Below, piece by piece: positions 47,825 through 56,567 of a stretch of 64,000 nucleotides of DNA. The stretch covers positions 624 through 64,623 of the forward strand of contig JAAXTX010000004.1 of assembly GCA_013336285.1 (NCBI GenBank), in the 5' to 3' direction. The position numbers and the translations under genes were made by a program. Position 1 is the first letter of the stretch. Every line of letters begins with the position of its first letter. Source of the DNA: Candidatus Moraniibacteriota bacterium. GTDB lineage: Bacteria; Patescibacteriota; Minisyncoccia; Moranbacterales; UBA1568. The notes under the pieces are model-generated. The model was not told the DNA's origin, did no database searches, and saw nothing but the letters and a program-made list of their open reading frames with translations.

Positions 47825-48133
47825 ATGTCCACGTTTTGCCACGCGTGCGGGATGCCGCTAACGAAGAAAGAGGATTTCGCGGGAGCGAACGAACAGATGG
47901 ATTTCTGTCTGCACTGTGCCGATGGGGACGGGAACGTACATTCGTGTGAGGCGATCTTCGAGGGAGGCGTACAGTTTTTCATAGGGGCGATGGGTGCGGA
48001 TCGCGCACTCGCGGAGCGCGTGACACGCAAGAATATGAAGGGCCTGCCGCATTGGCTGGGGAATGAGAGTGACTGTCTTCAGGGTGAGGAGGCGACCGAT
48101 GACGAATTTGCGAAGGTGCTGGGGAAGTTGTGA
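47825..48133 (+). CDS. Zinc-ribbon domain hypothetical protein
   Basis: CHACGMPL...CLHCADGDGNVHSC gives two CxxC pairs. Chosen over the antisense ORF 47713..48030. Confidence 0.4.
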   Translation: MSTFCHACGMPLTKKEDFAGANEQMDFCLHCADGDGNVHSCEAIFEGGVQFFIGAMGADRALAERVTRKNMKGLPHWLGNESDCLQGEEATDDEFAKVLGKL

Positions 48134-48143
48134 TAACCAGCTA

Positions 48144-48420
48144 TGGAATCCTATAAGCTCCTCGTCTTTGTGCCGCCAACGCACGCGAACGCGGTACTGG
48201 AAGCGATGGGGAGGGCAGGTGCCGGCAGGTCGGGTAACTGTTCGTTCAGCTTGCGTCGGACCAGTCGATTTCTCCCAGATGAAGGGTCGTAATCCCCCGA
48301 TCGGCGAGGAAGGAATGCTGTAGGAAGTCGATAAAGAACGGATAGAGGTCCTTTGTGACGAGGAGATGGTCGGACGTGGTCATCGCCGCGATGAAGTCCG
48401 TCCATCCGTGACAGGATATC
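48144..48420 (+). pseudogene. Frameshifted remnant of a small CutA/Nif3-cap-like protein gene
   Basis: Frame 1 reads MESYKLLVFVPPTHANAVLEAMGRAGAGRSGNCSFSL..PDEGS and then stops. The family continuation (NPPIGEEGML...EVDKERIEVLCDEEMV; VIAAMKSVHP) is in the other two frames, implying at least two frameshifts. Confidence 0.4.
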
Positions 48421-48457
48421 GCCTACGACGCGTATCCATTGGAAGAGAGATAGGCAA

Positions 48458-49033
48458 TTGACAGTCGCGACAATATCGGTAAGACTGACTCATCAGTTAT
48501 TTTCCAGAAATGAAAAGAAAGAGGAGGTCGCGATGGGGGAACTTACGGTCCATGTCGGCTTCGTGCGCACGAGCACGAAGGGTGCGTTTTCCGAAAAGAA
48601 AAAGGATACGGTAGCAGCCGTGGTCCAGTCCCTTCGAAGGTGGTTCGACGGGAAAAATGGCTTCGATACGGAAAGTCTTTTTCCTAAGAGGATAGGCCTA
48701 AAAGATCCGTTCGGATACGCTGTCACGTGTGATGGGAGAGAGTGTTTCAGACTGTCGTTCGACGGGGAGGAACCGTTCAGGATACGTGAGGAGGACGGTT
48801 GCTTCGAAGCGAAATTCCGGATTGACGGGGTGTTGCCGGAACAGCCTGAACTTCGAGAAACCGCCCTTGAAAATCTTTTCGGATTCCTGTCGTTCGGGAG
48901 GCGCTCCACGAACCCGCGGTTCTATTTTTCGGAACTACGCGTGAACGGGATATTTATCAGGGTGCCGGACAGGTTGGATGCGTCGATCGACCAAGTACGG
49001 GTATTATTCATGGAAGCCGCCCTCAAAGAATGA
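48458..49033 (+). CDS. Hypothetical protein
   Basis: 191-aa ORF. Likely start MGELTVHV at 48533. Followed by a strong terminator. Confidence 0.4.
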   Translation: MTVATISVRLTHQLFSRNEKKEEVAMGELTVHVGFVRTSTKGAFSEKKKDTVAAVVQSLRRWFDGKNGFDTESLFPKRIGLKDPFGYAVTCDGRECFRLSFDGEEPFRIREEDGCFEAKFRIDGVLPEQPELRETALENLFGFLSFGRRSTNPRFYFSELRVNGIFIRVPDRLDASIDQVRVLFMEAALKE

Positions 49034-49048
49034 GGGCGGCATTTTTTC
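49016..49048 (+). terminator. Rho-independent terminator
   Basis: GCCGCCCTCA-AAGAA-TGAGGGCGGC followed by ATTTTTTCT. Confidence 0.6.
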
Positions 49049-49164
49049 TCGTCGCGATCGGGAGTGGTCGTGACGGATGAACGGATGTTTGACAGTGTTT
49101 CGGAAATGCGACAGTCTTGAAACCGCATTCCTTAACATGATCAGAATAAGGTGAAGGAGTTATC

Positions 49165-49968
49165 GTGAAGAAAATCAAAATAAAACGAGGGAGTCGGTTT
49201 CCGAATCTTAATGTTCTGTATGAGTTCGGCTTGGAGGCGGGAGAACTCATGGGCCGTTTCAAAGGATTGTCCCAGTGGGACATGCAAGAGGGTGGGATAC
49301 CGGTTCCGATTGTCGATCAGGCTATTGGTCATCTTGTCATCGGACGGATGAAAGAGGAATACCCGCACATTTCCGTGATCTCATCGCGGGAGAAACGGAT
49401 GGTGTCAGGATCGGAGTTTACCGTGCTGTTCGATCTCGAGGGAAAAAAATCGTCCGATCACACGACGTTTTCTCTCGCGGTCGTAAGGGAGGGGGCGCCG
49501 ACGGTCGCGATCATATATAATCCCTTCAGCCGGGCATTGTGGATGGCGCGGAAGGGTCATGGTTGCCGTATGAACGGACGTCTTGTGAGGGTGTCCGACA
49601 GGGAAACGTTCGAAGACGCAAGATTCTATTCGACATGGCTTACGGGAGACGAGTTTCTCATGCAGCTGGATGCTTCTTCGACGCTATCCGTTCGTGAACG
49701 GTTTCCAGGATTGCCTGCGGTCTATCAGGGTGGTCTGCTGGCATCCGGCGTATACGAATGTGTCGCGTATCCGTCAAGCGGGTCATGCAAGGCCGCAGTC
49801 ACGCAATTGATAGTCGAGGAAGCCGGAGGAACGTTTTCCGATCTTCATGGAGAGAGCATCGTTCATCCGTGTCGTGAGGATGGGCGACATGACGGTGTTG
49901 GTTTTCTTGCCACCAACGGGGTGTTGCACGACGCGTTCGTGAAGCATTTTGCGACCCTGCTCCTGTGA
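49165..49968 (+). CDS. Inositol-monophosphatase-family paralog with degenerate metal-binding motifs
   Basis: Overall colinear with the 53967 paralog. DPxDGT is replaced by DLEGKK and the WDxAAG region is degenerate. Confidence 0.5.
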   Translation: MKKIKIKRGSRFPNLNVLYEFGLEAGELMGRFKGLSQWDMQEGGIPVPIVDQAIGHLVIGRMKEEYPHISVISSREKRMVSGSEFTVLFDLEGKKSSDHTTFSLAVVREGAPTVAIIYNPFSRALWMARKGHGCRMNGRLVRVSDRETFEDARFYSTWLTGDEFLMQLDASSTLSVRERFPGLPAVYQGGLLASGVYECVAYPSSGSCKAAVTQLIVEEAGGTFSDLHGESIVHPCREDGRHDGVGFLATNGVLHDAFVKHFATLLL

Positions 49969-50125
49969 ACGGTTTGTATCGGTTCAGTCCGGCGGAAACA
50001 ATTTCCGTCGGCTTTTTTATTCCCGACCTCCGCGACCATACCGTGTCATCGCGAAGAAATAATAAAAAGGCTTCAAGTAAGGGTATATTGTCAAGCTTTG
50101 TATATCTGAAGAGCGGTTACGAGCA

Positions 50126-50154
50126 TTGACATAAGCGTAAAGATGTGCTAACAT
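50126..50154 (+). promoter_or_regulatory. Sigma70-like promoter TTGACA-17-TAACAT
   Basis: ttgacataagcgtaaagatgtgctaacat, ~100 nt upstream of the 50256 ATG. Confidence 0.5.
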
Positions 50155-50255
50155 GTCAGGTCGAACCGAATCGTTCGAATGGTTTATTTAATAACGATTA
50201 TATCAACCATCCTTGAACGCTTCACGGCGCAAAAGGAGATATCCCAGGAGGAAGC

Positions 50256-50930
50256 ATGGTACATGGAAGCGGAAGAAAGGTGGAGTTGATAACGCTCCAA
50301 TTTGTAGGTTCGAACGAAAGTATCGTACCGAAGTTCGCACGGCGTCTGCCGGACGAAACATGGCATGAAATGTCCGATCGCAGGGATCGGTCGGGCACCG
50401 GCATTCGGCTGATCGAGCCTGTAGAAGAGGCTTCCCCGGAACTCCTCTTGGAGGATCTCAGAACCGCACGGTTCGAGATGGTCGATGCTGAGTGTCAGCG
50501 CCGGATCAATAAGGCGGATTCGAAGAAACCGTTTTATATGGTGCGGTTCATGTTCGCCCGCAGGGGGAGTGTGGCAATCACGCGATCCTTCAAGGGGATA
50601 AGGTATCCGCTTGAGCGGAGTCTGAAGAGGCTGTGCGAAAACTCATTGTGGCGGATATTCGCCCATGAGAACCCGTTATTCGTGAACGACCGGGAAGTTC
50701 CCGAAAAACGTTCCATCAGCATCAATCTCGGGACGCGGGTCCCCTTAGTGATTGATGGAAAACCCGTGCTGCGGCGAAAAAAGGACGGACAGGGTCGCCC
50801 GGTCGGCGCACCGGCCCACATCGACACCAATCGTTTCGTCAGGATGACGAAAGATTGCGTGCTCAGGGTAATCGACCTGACGCCGGAAGAAAATCCCGTC
50901 GTCGTTGAAGCCGAAGCTGAAATGGCTTAA
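50256..50930 (+). CDS. Hypothetical protein
   Basis: 224-aa ORF with its own promoter and terminator. No recognised motifs. Confidence 0.45.
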   Translation: MVHGSGRKVELITLQFVGSNESIVPKFARRLPDETWHEMSDRRDRSGTGIRLIEPVEEASPELLLEDLRTARFEMVDAECQRRINKADSKKPFYMVRFMFARRGSVAITRSFKGIRYPLERSLKRLCENSLWRIFAHENPLFVNDREVPEKRSISINLGTRVPLVIDGKPVLRRKKDGQGRPVGAPAHIDTNRFVRMTKDCVLRVIDLTPEENPVVVEAEAEMA

Positions 50931-50954
50931 ACGGGGTACTGATGAATGGTATAG

Positions 50955-50989
50955 ACCGGTGCAATGTATTGCGCACCGGTCTTTTTTTA
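50955..50989 (+). terminator. Rho-independent terminator
   Basis: GACCGGTGC, loop, GCACCGGTC, then TTTTTTT. Confidence 0.6.
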
Positions 50990-51077
50990 CGTCGCAACAC
51001 TGAACTTGTATGTAAACAATTACGCGAATATAACGTATAACGGTTATACCATAGTTCCATTCAGGAAAAAATGAGAT

Positions 51078-51455
51078 ATGAAAATGCCACCATTATCGCA
51101 GGAAGAGGAGCGCGTCATCGCGCACAAGGGAACGGAAGCATCGTTTTCGGGGAAGTTCTATGATCATCATGAATCGGGTATATACCGTTGTCGCAGGTGT
51201 GGCGTCGAATTGTACCGGTCTTCGGACAAATTCGATTCGGGACGCGGTTGGCCGAGTTTTGACGACGAGATATCCGGCGCCGTGACTCGTGTACCCGACG
51301 TGGACGGTAGCCGTACGGAGATTACCTGTTCCGCGTGCGGAGCCCATCTGGGCCATATCTTCTTGGGCGAAGGTATGACTACGAAAGACATACGTCACTG
51401 CGTCAATTCCCTTTCGCTTGATTTTTCAAAGGAATACAAAAAAAATGAGAGATAA
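51078..51455 (+). CDS. msrB: Peptide methionine sulfoxide reductase MsrB
   Basis: CRRCGVEL...CSACGAHLGHIF with GWPSF. Confidence 0.85.
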   Translation: MKMPPLSQEEERVIAHKGTEASFSGKFYDHHESGIYRCRRCGVELYRSSDKFDSGRGWPSFDDEISGAVTRVPDVDGSRTEITCSACGAHLGHIFLGEGMTTKDIRHCVNSLSLDFSKEYKKNER

Positions 51456-51463
51456 GTCTGCAA

Positions 51464-51988
51464 ATGCACTCAATTTCAATCGATATGATCGAAAACGGAA
51501 CGGAAAAGGCGTATTTCGCCGGGGGTTGCTTTTGGGGAGTCGAGTATTGGCTCCGCAGGTTTGATAGTGTTCTGTCGGTCCAATCCGGATACATGGGAGG
51601 CACGCTTGAAAACCCGTCTTACGGAGAAGTAAGTACCGGGACGACCGGACATGCCGAAACGGTAGAAGTCGTTTTTTATCCGAAACGTCTTTCATATCGT
51701 GACCTTGCAAAACGTTTTTTCGAGATCCATGATCCGACCGTACTCAATCGACAGGGTCCGGATACGGGGGAGCAGTATCGCTCCGTCATTTTCTATACAA
51801 CAAAGGAACAGAAGCATACGATCGAGGAACTGATCGGAATATTGCGCGACCGAGGTTATAAAGTCGTGACGAAAGTCGTACCGGCCGGGAATTTTTATCC
51901 GGCGGAGGACTATCATCAGGACTATTATGAAAAGTCCGGCGGTACACCGTATTGTCACACACCGGTTCGTAGATTTTCCGAAGAATGA
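51464..51988 (+). CDS. msrA: Peptide methionine sulfoxide reductase MsrA
   Basis: AYFAGGCFWGVE active-site motif. Confidence 0.85.
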   Translation: MHSISIDMIENGTEKAYFAGGCFWGVEYWLRRFDSVLSVQSGYMGGTLENPSYGEVSTGTTGHAETVEVVFYPKRLSYRDLAKRFFEIHDPTVLNRQGPDTGEQYRSVIFYTTKEQKHTIEELIGILRDRGYKVVTKVVPAGNFYPAEDYHQDYYEKSGGTPYCHTPVRRFSEE

Positions 51989-52108
51989 GCCAATTTCTAA
52001 TGCCATTTGTATTTGAGGAGGTAATAATTCCAACATGATATGACTTATAGGTTACCATTGACTTAAAATGAATCAGGTGTAGAATACGCAGGACCGTAAC
52101 GGATTCTT

Positions 52109-53884
52109 ATGACCCTGCATGATTCCAATAAGACAATCGCGGAGAATATCCGGAAATATCGTGAATTGAAAGGGTTTTCACAGGGGGATTTGGCTGCGAC
52201 ACTTCACGTTGATCGATCGTATGTGAGTACGCTGGAAAGCGGGACGAGGAATCCGTCCGTTCGAACACTCGACAAGGTTGCCAAGTCACTCGGCACGAGT
52301 CTCGTTTCCCTTGTAGAAACGCCGAGGTTTGAGCATAAGGGAATATCCGATGCTATCCCGTACGTATCCGGGCTTATCGAAATGAAGCGGAAAGAGTGGT
52401 CCGGCAAGGAGTGGTATCATCAGCGCTTCGACGGGTCGCCGTACCTTATTCATATGATCGGGGAAGCGGAAATCGTAACGAGACGCGATAAGAAATACGG
52501 ACTTTCATTCAATCGGCATTTCTGTTTCTTTGAAGACGGGAAGGCGGATTGGTATATCGATGTCGCGGAAATCGATCGGATATCGGCTGAGATCCTGAAA
52601 TTGTCGCATCGTCACGGCGATATAAGTAAGCGACTGATAGAGGAGTATCGTCCGTTCGAATCGGCATTTTACGAGAATTGCGAACGGATCCGAGCGACGA
52701 ATCTACACTCCCTTTCGAATCGCGATCTTATCTTGCTTCACGACGAGTATTTGCAGACGATACTGACACGGAACAGTTCGAGTTCGATGATAGACGGGTT
52801 CGCGCTCGGTACCGATCGAATGCTTGAGGAACGGATCAAACATACCTACGAATCGTGCCCGGACGCGTCCGGAACCCTCAGTTTTTCCGAAACGTTTTCC
52901 ATCCTGACGACCCCGGATCACTCTTCGTTTATCCGCGAAGCGGAACTCGGATTATTCCGATTAATACTTGCGCTTCGGAAACGAGGCGATGACCGCCGAA
53001 AACTGATTCGAGAATATCGTGACCGATATTTCTGGATCCGGAACAACTATATTGATTCAAACGAACTTTCCGTCGCGTATTTCGAGGAGGAAGTCGCGCG
53101 GATTGATTCCTCCGGACTGGATATAGAAGCCGAAATAGCGCGTATCGAAAACCTTCCCGCGGAAAACCGAAAAATGAAGAATGCTTTGTTGGTAAAGCTC
53201 GGACTCGACGAAGCGACGCGCGCGCTTCTTTCCATTACCGAGGACTTCACCGCGTGGCAGGATGATCGCAAAAAGGCGACGATGTATACCGCCTATTATT
53301 GTACGCTCATGCTTGACGAGATAGCTCGGCGTGTCGGTCTTTCTGCCGATCTGCTCAAATATATGTCTCCGAGGGAGGTTTCCCGAATATTTCTGGATAC
53401 TCCGACGATTGACGTATTGGAGAAACGCCGTACCCACAGTGTGGCATATTGGGATGAGGACGGTCATGAAATCTTGTCCGGCGACACGGTCACTGAACTT
53501 CATAAAGAACTTCAGGGAAACAAAGATATGGAGGATGTGAAGGATTTTCGCGGATTGACTGCCTCGCTCGGGTCGGCACAGGGAAGGGTCAGGATTATCC
53601 GGAGCGTGAAGGAGATAGGCCGCGTGAAGCAGGGTGATGTGCTGGTTGCGGTGATGACCCGGCCGGACTATGTGCCTGCCATGCGGATCGCCGTCGCGAT
53701 CGTGACCGACGAGGGCGGTATTACTTCGCATGCCGCCATCGTGGCACGTGAGCTGAAGATCCCGTGTGTCATCGGGACCAAGATAGCGACCAGGATACTT
53801 CGTGACGGCGATCTCGTACAGGTGAACGCGAATCACGGAGTCGTACGGATACTGGAACGCGCGCCGATTACGAAGACGGAGTAA
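52109..53884 (+). CDS. Fusion protein: N-terminal XRE-family HTH, central unknown ~400-aa region, C-terminal PEP-utilising-enzyme mobile (phosphohistidine swivel) domain
   Basis: HTH LKGFSQGDLAATLHVDRSYVSTLESGTRNPSVRTLDKVAKSL. C-terminal GDVLVAVMTRPDY..AIVTDEGGITSHAAIVARELKIPCVIGT matches the swivel-domain signature with the catalytic His. Confidence 0.6.
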   Translation: MTLHDSNKTIAENIRKYRELKGFSQGDLAATLHVDRSYVSTLESGTRNPSVRTLDKVAKSLGTSLVSLVETPRFEHKGISDAIPYVSGLIEMKRKEWSGKEWYHQRFDGSPYLIHMIGEAEIVTRRDKKYGLSFNRHFCFFEDGKADWYIDVAEIDRISAEILKLSHRHGDISKRLIEEYRPFESAFYENCERIRATNLHSLSNRDLILLHDEYLQTILTRNSSSSMIDGFALGTDRMLEERIKHTYESCPDASGTLSFSETFSILTTPDHSSFIREAELGLFRLILALRKRGDDRRKLIREYRDRYFWIRNNYIDSNELSVAYFEEEVARIDSSGLDIEAEIARIENLPAENRKMKNALLVKLGLDEATRALLSITEDFTAWQDDRKKATMYTAYYCTLMLDEIARRVGLSADLLKYMSPREVSRIFLDTPTIDVLEKRRTHSVAYWDEDGHEILSGDTVTELHKELQGNKDMEDVKDFRGLTASLGSAQGRVRIIRSVKEIGRVKQGDVLVAVMTRPDYVPAMRIAVAIVTDEGGITSHAAIVARELKIPCVIGTKIATRILRDGDLVQVNANHGVVRILERAPITKTE

Positions 53885-53966
53885 GAAGAATCATTGACAG
53901 AACGATTAGGATTTGTCATTATTTTTTCACGTTCTTTTAACACTTCAACAGACAAGGAGAAATGCC

Positions 53967-54758
53967 GTGAAAAACAAAGCTTTTCCCGATATCGATTTTT
54001 TGGTTCGGCTGGCCATGGAGTCCGGAAATATCATGCTCAAGCTGCAGGGTTTTCCGGAAGAGAAAAAAAAGGATGGGACACCGGTGACGATAGCCGATGT
54101 GGCGATAAACGAACTGGTCATCCGTCGCATCAAGAAGTCATATCCGCACGTATCCGTCATCGCGGAGGAAGGGAGCAGGCTTTCGGGATCGGAATATTGG
54201 GCCTTTTGCGATCCGGTCGACGGAACGGATTCGTTTTGCAAAGGGCGAAACCTCTCAGTTTTCTCTCTTGCGATCGTGCGTGACGGAAAACCACTTTCCG
54301 CTGTCATTTATAACCCGTTTACGGGGCAGATGTGGACCGCTCAGAAAGGTCTCGGCTGTTTCCTGAACGGGAGACGGATACGGGTATCGGATCGCGCGAT
54401 ATTTCAGAAGTCCAGCTTTTACGTAATGTGGTGGAAGGGAAAGGACTTCCTCAAGGGCTACAGCAAGGAACTGGAGCGTAACGGGGCCAGCACGTTGACC
54501 GAAGGCTCCGTAGTGTATCCCGGCGGATTGGTTGCCGCCGGATCGTTCGAAGGAACGATCTTTCCCGGAAGCAATTCCTGGGAGGCGGCGACCATGGAAC
54601 TTATCGTGACCGAGGCAGGGGGGACATTTACCGATTTGTACGGTATGGAGATAAGGTATCCTTGCGAAGTGACCGGAGTCTGTAACGGATTCGGACATAT
54701 CGCCAGCAATACGGTCCTTCATTCGCGGTTGGTGGATTCGGTCCTTCCTTATCTGTAG
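53967..54758 (+). CDS. Inositol monophosphatase family protein
   Basis: FCDPVDGTDSF (DPxDGT) and WEAATMELIVTEAGG (WDxAAG-like). GTG start with an AAGGAG RBS. The upstream ATG gives a 2-codon ORF. Confidence 0.7.
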   Translation: MKNKAFPDIDFLVRLAMESGNIMLKLQGFPEEKKKDGTPVTIADVAINELVIRRIKKSYPHVSVIAEEGSRLSGSEYWAFCDPVDGTDSFCKGRNLSVFSLAIVRDGKPLSAVIYNPFTGQMWTAQKGLGCFLNGRRIRVSDRAIFQKSSFYVMWWKGKDFLKGYSKELERNGASTLTEGSVVYPGGLVAAGSFEGTIFPGSNSWEAATMELIVTEAGGTFTDLYGMEIRYPCEVTGVCNGFGHIASNTVLHSRLVDSVLPYL

Positions 54759-54819
54759 ACAGTTAACGGTCCGGCGGAGTATCATTTCCGCCGGACTTCT
54801 TTTTATCTATACTGTCGGT

Positions 54820-55815
54820 ATGGACTTACTGCACGCGTTTGAAAACGGCCGTGTCGACGTGATTTCCGGTCTGCCCGACAGGGTCGTCGAGACGATCCTT
54901 TCGAGACTGTTCTTTTTCGAAGACCGGATTTTCAAGGTATATAAGTGGCGTAACGGATCGATCGGCGATTTCACGGATCCGGAGTTCAGGTCGGAGTTTT
55001 TTCGGGACGATTTTACATGGAACGTTTCCATGTCGCCGGATACCTATGTCAGACTCGGATTCGTCGCCAAAAGAGGCGGCAGGTATTACGAGGTTCACGA
55101 ATCGGAAGCGGAAGACTTTTTCATCGAGATGAATAGGATAAACCAGGACGAAATACTGTTCGAACTCCTGAAGTGCGGAAAGATTTCGGAGAAGGACCTC
55201 AGGGCGACGGTCGTCACGATGTTCGACAGGCTCGGAGCGTTGACCGAGTCGGTCCGTGACTTGTTTCCGGATATCTTCTCGATCCCGCTCCCGGAACTTC
55301 ACCTGATGGATATGCAGTCGACGAGGGAATGGATCCGTATGACCGATGATTTCCCGTTTCACGAGGAAGCCGGAATCGTATCGCTTACACTGGAAAGATT
55401 TATCGCAAGCCACCGTCCGTTCAGGGAGTTCGAAACAAAACGGTATTGCGCATCCATAGACAATCATGCGGGGAACATAGTATTCAGTCGGGGGGAGACG
55501 AAATTCATAGACTCCATGCCGCCGATGCGTATCTGGCGCGCGCAGACGCCGCTCTACATATTGAGTCGTCCGGCAACCGATGTGGAGGTGCTTATAGGAA
55601 AGGAACTTTCGGACGCGATGTACGAGGAGTATTCCAGCATGACGGGTGTCGAAACAGATCCGTTGGAGAGGTCGTATTGCCAGGCCGTTTCCGCCCTTAT
55701 CATGGCGCCGTATATGCATAGTCTGCATGAAAAAGAATTGTCGAGAAAGTATCTCGATTTCGCGAAGGAAAAGATATCGGAGCTCGATGATCGCGTCTCA
55801 TTCCCTTTGCTATGA
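54820..55815 (+). CDS. Hypothetical protein, possibly protein-kinase-like/phosphotransferase fold
   Basis: Segment SIDNHAGNIVF resembles the HxDxxxxN catalytic loop of APH/kinase-like enzymes. Weak. Confidence 0.4.
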   Translation: MDLLHAFENGRVDVISGLPDRVVETILSRLFFFEDRIFKVYKWRNGSIGDFTDPEFRSEFFRDDFTWNVSMSPDTYVRLGFVAKRGGRYYEVHESEAEDFFIEMNRINQDEILFELLKCGKISEKDLRATVVTMFDRLGALTESVRDLFPDIFSIPLPELHLMDMQSTREWIRMTDDFPFHEEAGIVSLTLERFIASHRPFREFETKRYCASIDNHAGNIVFSRGETKFIDSMPPMRIWRAQTPLYILSRPATDVEVLIGKELSDAMYEEYSSMTGVETDPLERSYCQAVSALIMAPYMHSLHEKELSRKYLDFAKEKISELDDRVSFPLL

Positions 55816-56543
55816 CTAAACGCAATCGTAGCATCGTGATTTTCGTTCTCGCAATTATCCTGATCGCGTTCGTTTCACGGTACGTCCCGCATCGGAACAT
55901 TGACGGCGACTCGTCTCCGGACGGTTCGGGTCAGAACGTGTCGGACGTCGTCGAAAGTCCCGCTCCCCATTCCGATGTATCGGGAACGGAACCGGCGGCA
56001 ATATCCTCGCCGATCGCCCAGACGGATCCGAATGCGGACGGTTTCGTCCCGCCGCTCGTACGTGCGGGAGAGCGGGTCACGAAGAAACCGTTCGGAATAT
56101 TCGTTGCCAAGGCTACATCACCCGTGCGGCCGGAACGATTTTCCGGATATCATACCGGGACCGATTTCGAAACTTTTCCGGTAGAAACGGATGTGGAGGT
56201 TTCGGTTTCCGCGGTATGTTCCGGTAAACTTCTATCGAAACGTATAGCGAGCGGGTACGGCGGTGTCGCGGTTCAATCGTGCATCCATAACGGAACATCC
56301 GTTACGATTGTCTACGGCCACCTGCGTCTTTCAAGCATCGCCGTTTCCGTAGGGGGCATGATTTCGGCGGGAGACCCGATCGGAACTCTCGGGAAGGGGT
56401 ATTCCACGGAGACTGACGGCGAGCGGGGTCATCTGCATCTCGGCATTCATAAAGGCGACGGATCGGACATACGCGGATACGTGTCCTCAAAGGCGGAGTT
56501 GACCGGCTGGATTGACCCGTGTATGCTCGTATGCCATTCTTAA
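55812..56543 (+). CDS. M23-family peptidase, membrane-anchored
   Basis: N-terminal TM. YHTGTDFE, GYGGVAVQ and HLHLGIHKG are M23/LytM motifs. Confidence 0.7.
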   Translation: MTKRNRSIVIFVLAIILIAFVSRYVPHRNIDGDSSPDGSGQNVSDVVESPAPHSDVSGTEPAAISSPIAQTDPNADGFVPPLVRAGERVTKKPFGIFVAKATSPVRPERFSGYHTGTDFETFPVETDVEVSVSAVCSGKLLSKRIASGYGGVAVQSCIHNGTSVTIVYGHLRLSSIAVSVGGMISAGDPIGTLGKGYSTETDGERGHLHLGIHKGDGSDIRGYVSSKAELTGWIDPCMLVCHS

Positions 56544-56567
56544 GGCGTAATCGTTCCCATTTCCATC

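Noticed and set aside
47713-48030. 105-aa minus-strand ORF overlapping the zinc-ribbon gene
   Set aside because: The plus-strand frame carries two CxxC pairs typical of zinc ribbons. The minus frame has Ser/Pro-rich low-complexity sequence.
54826-55728. 300-aa minus-strand ORF covering the 54820-55815 plus-strand gene
   Set aside because: Its Arg/His-rich composition is typical of antisense GC-rich frames. The plus-strand ORF fits the co-directional operon (IMPase, this gene, M23, ddl) with 4-nt overlaps.
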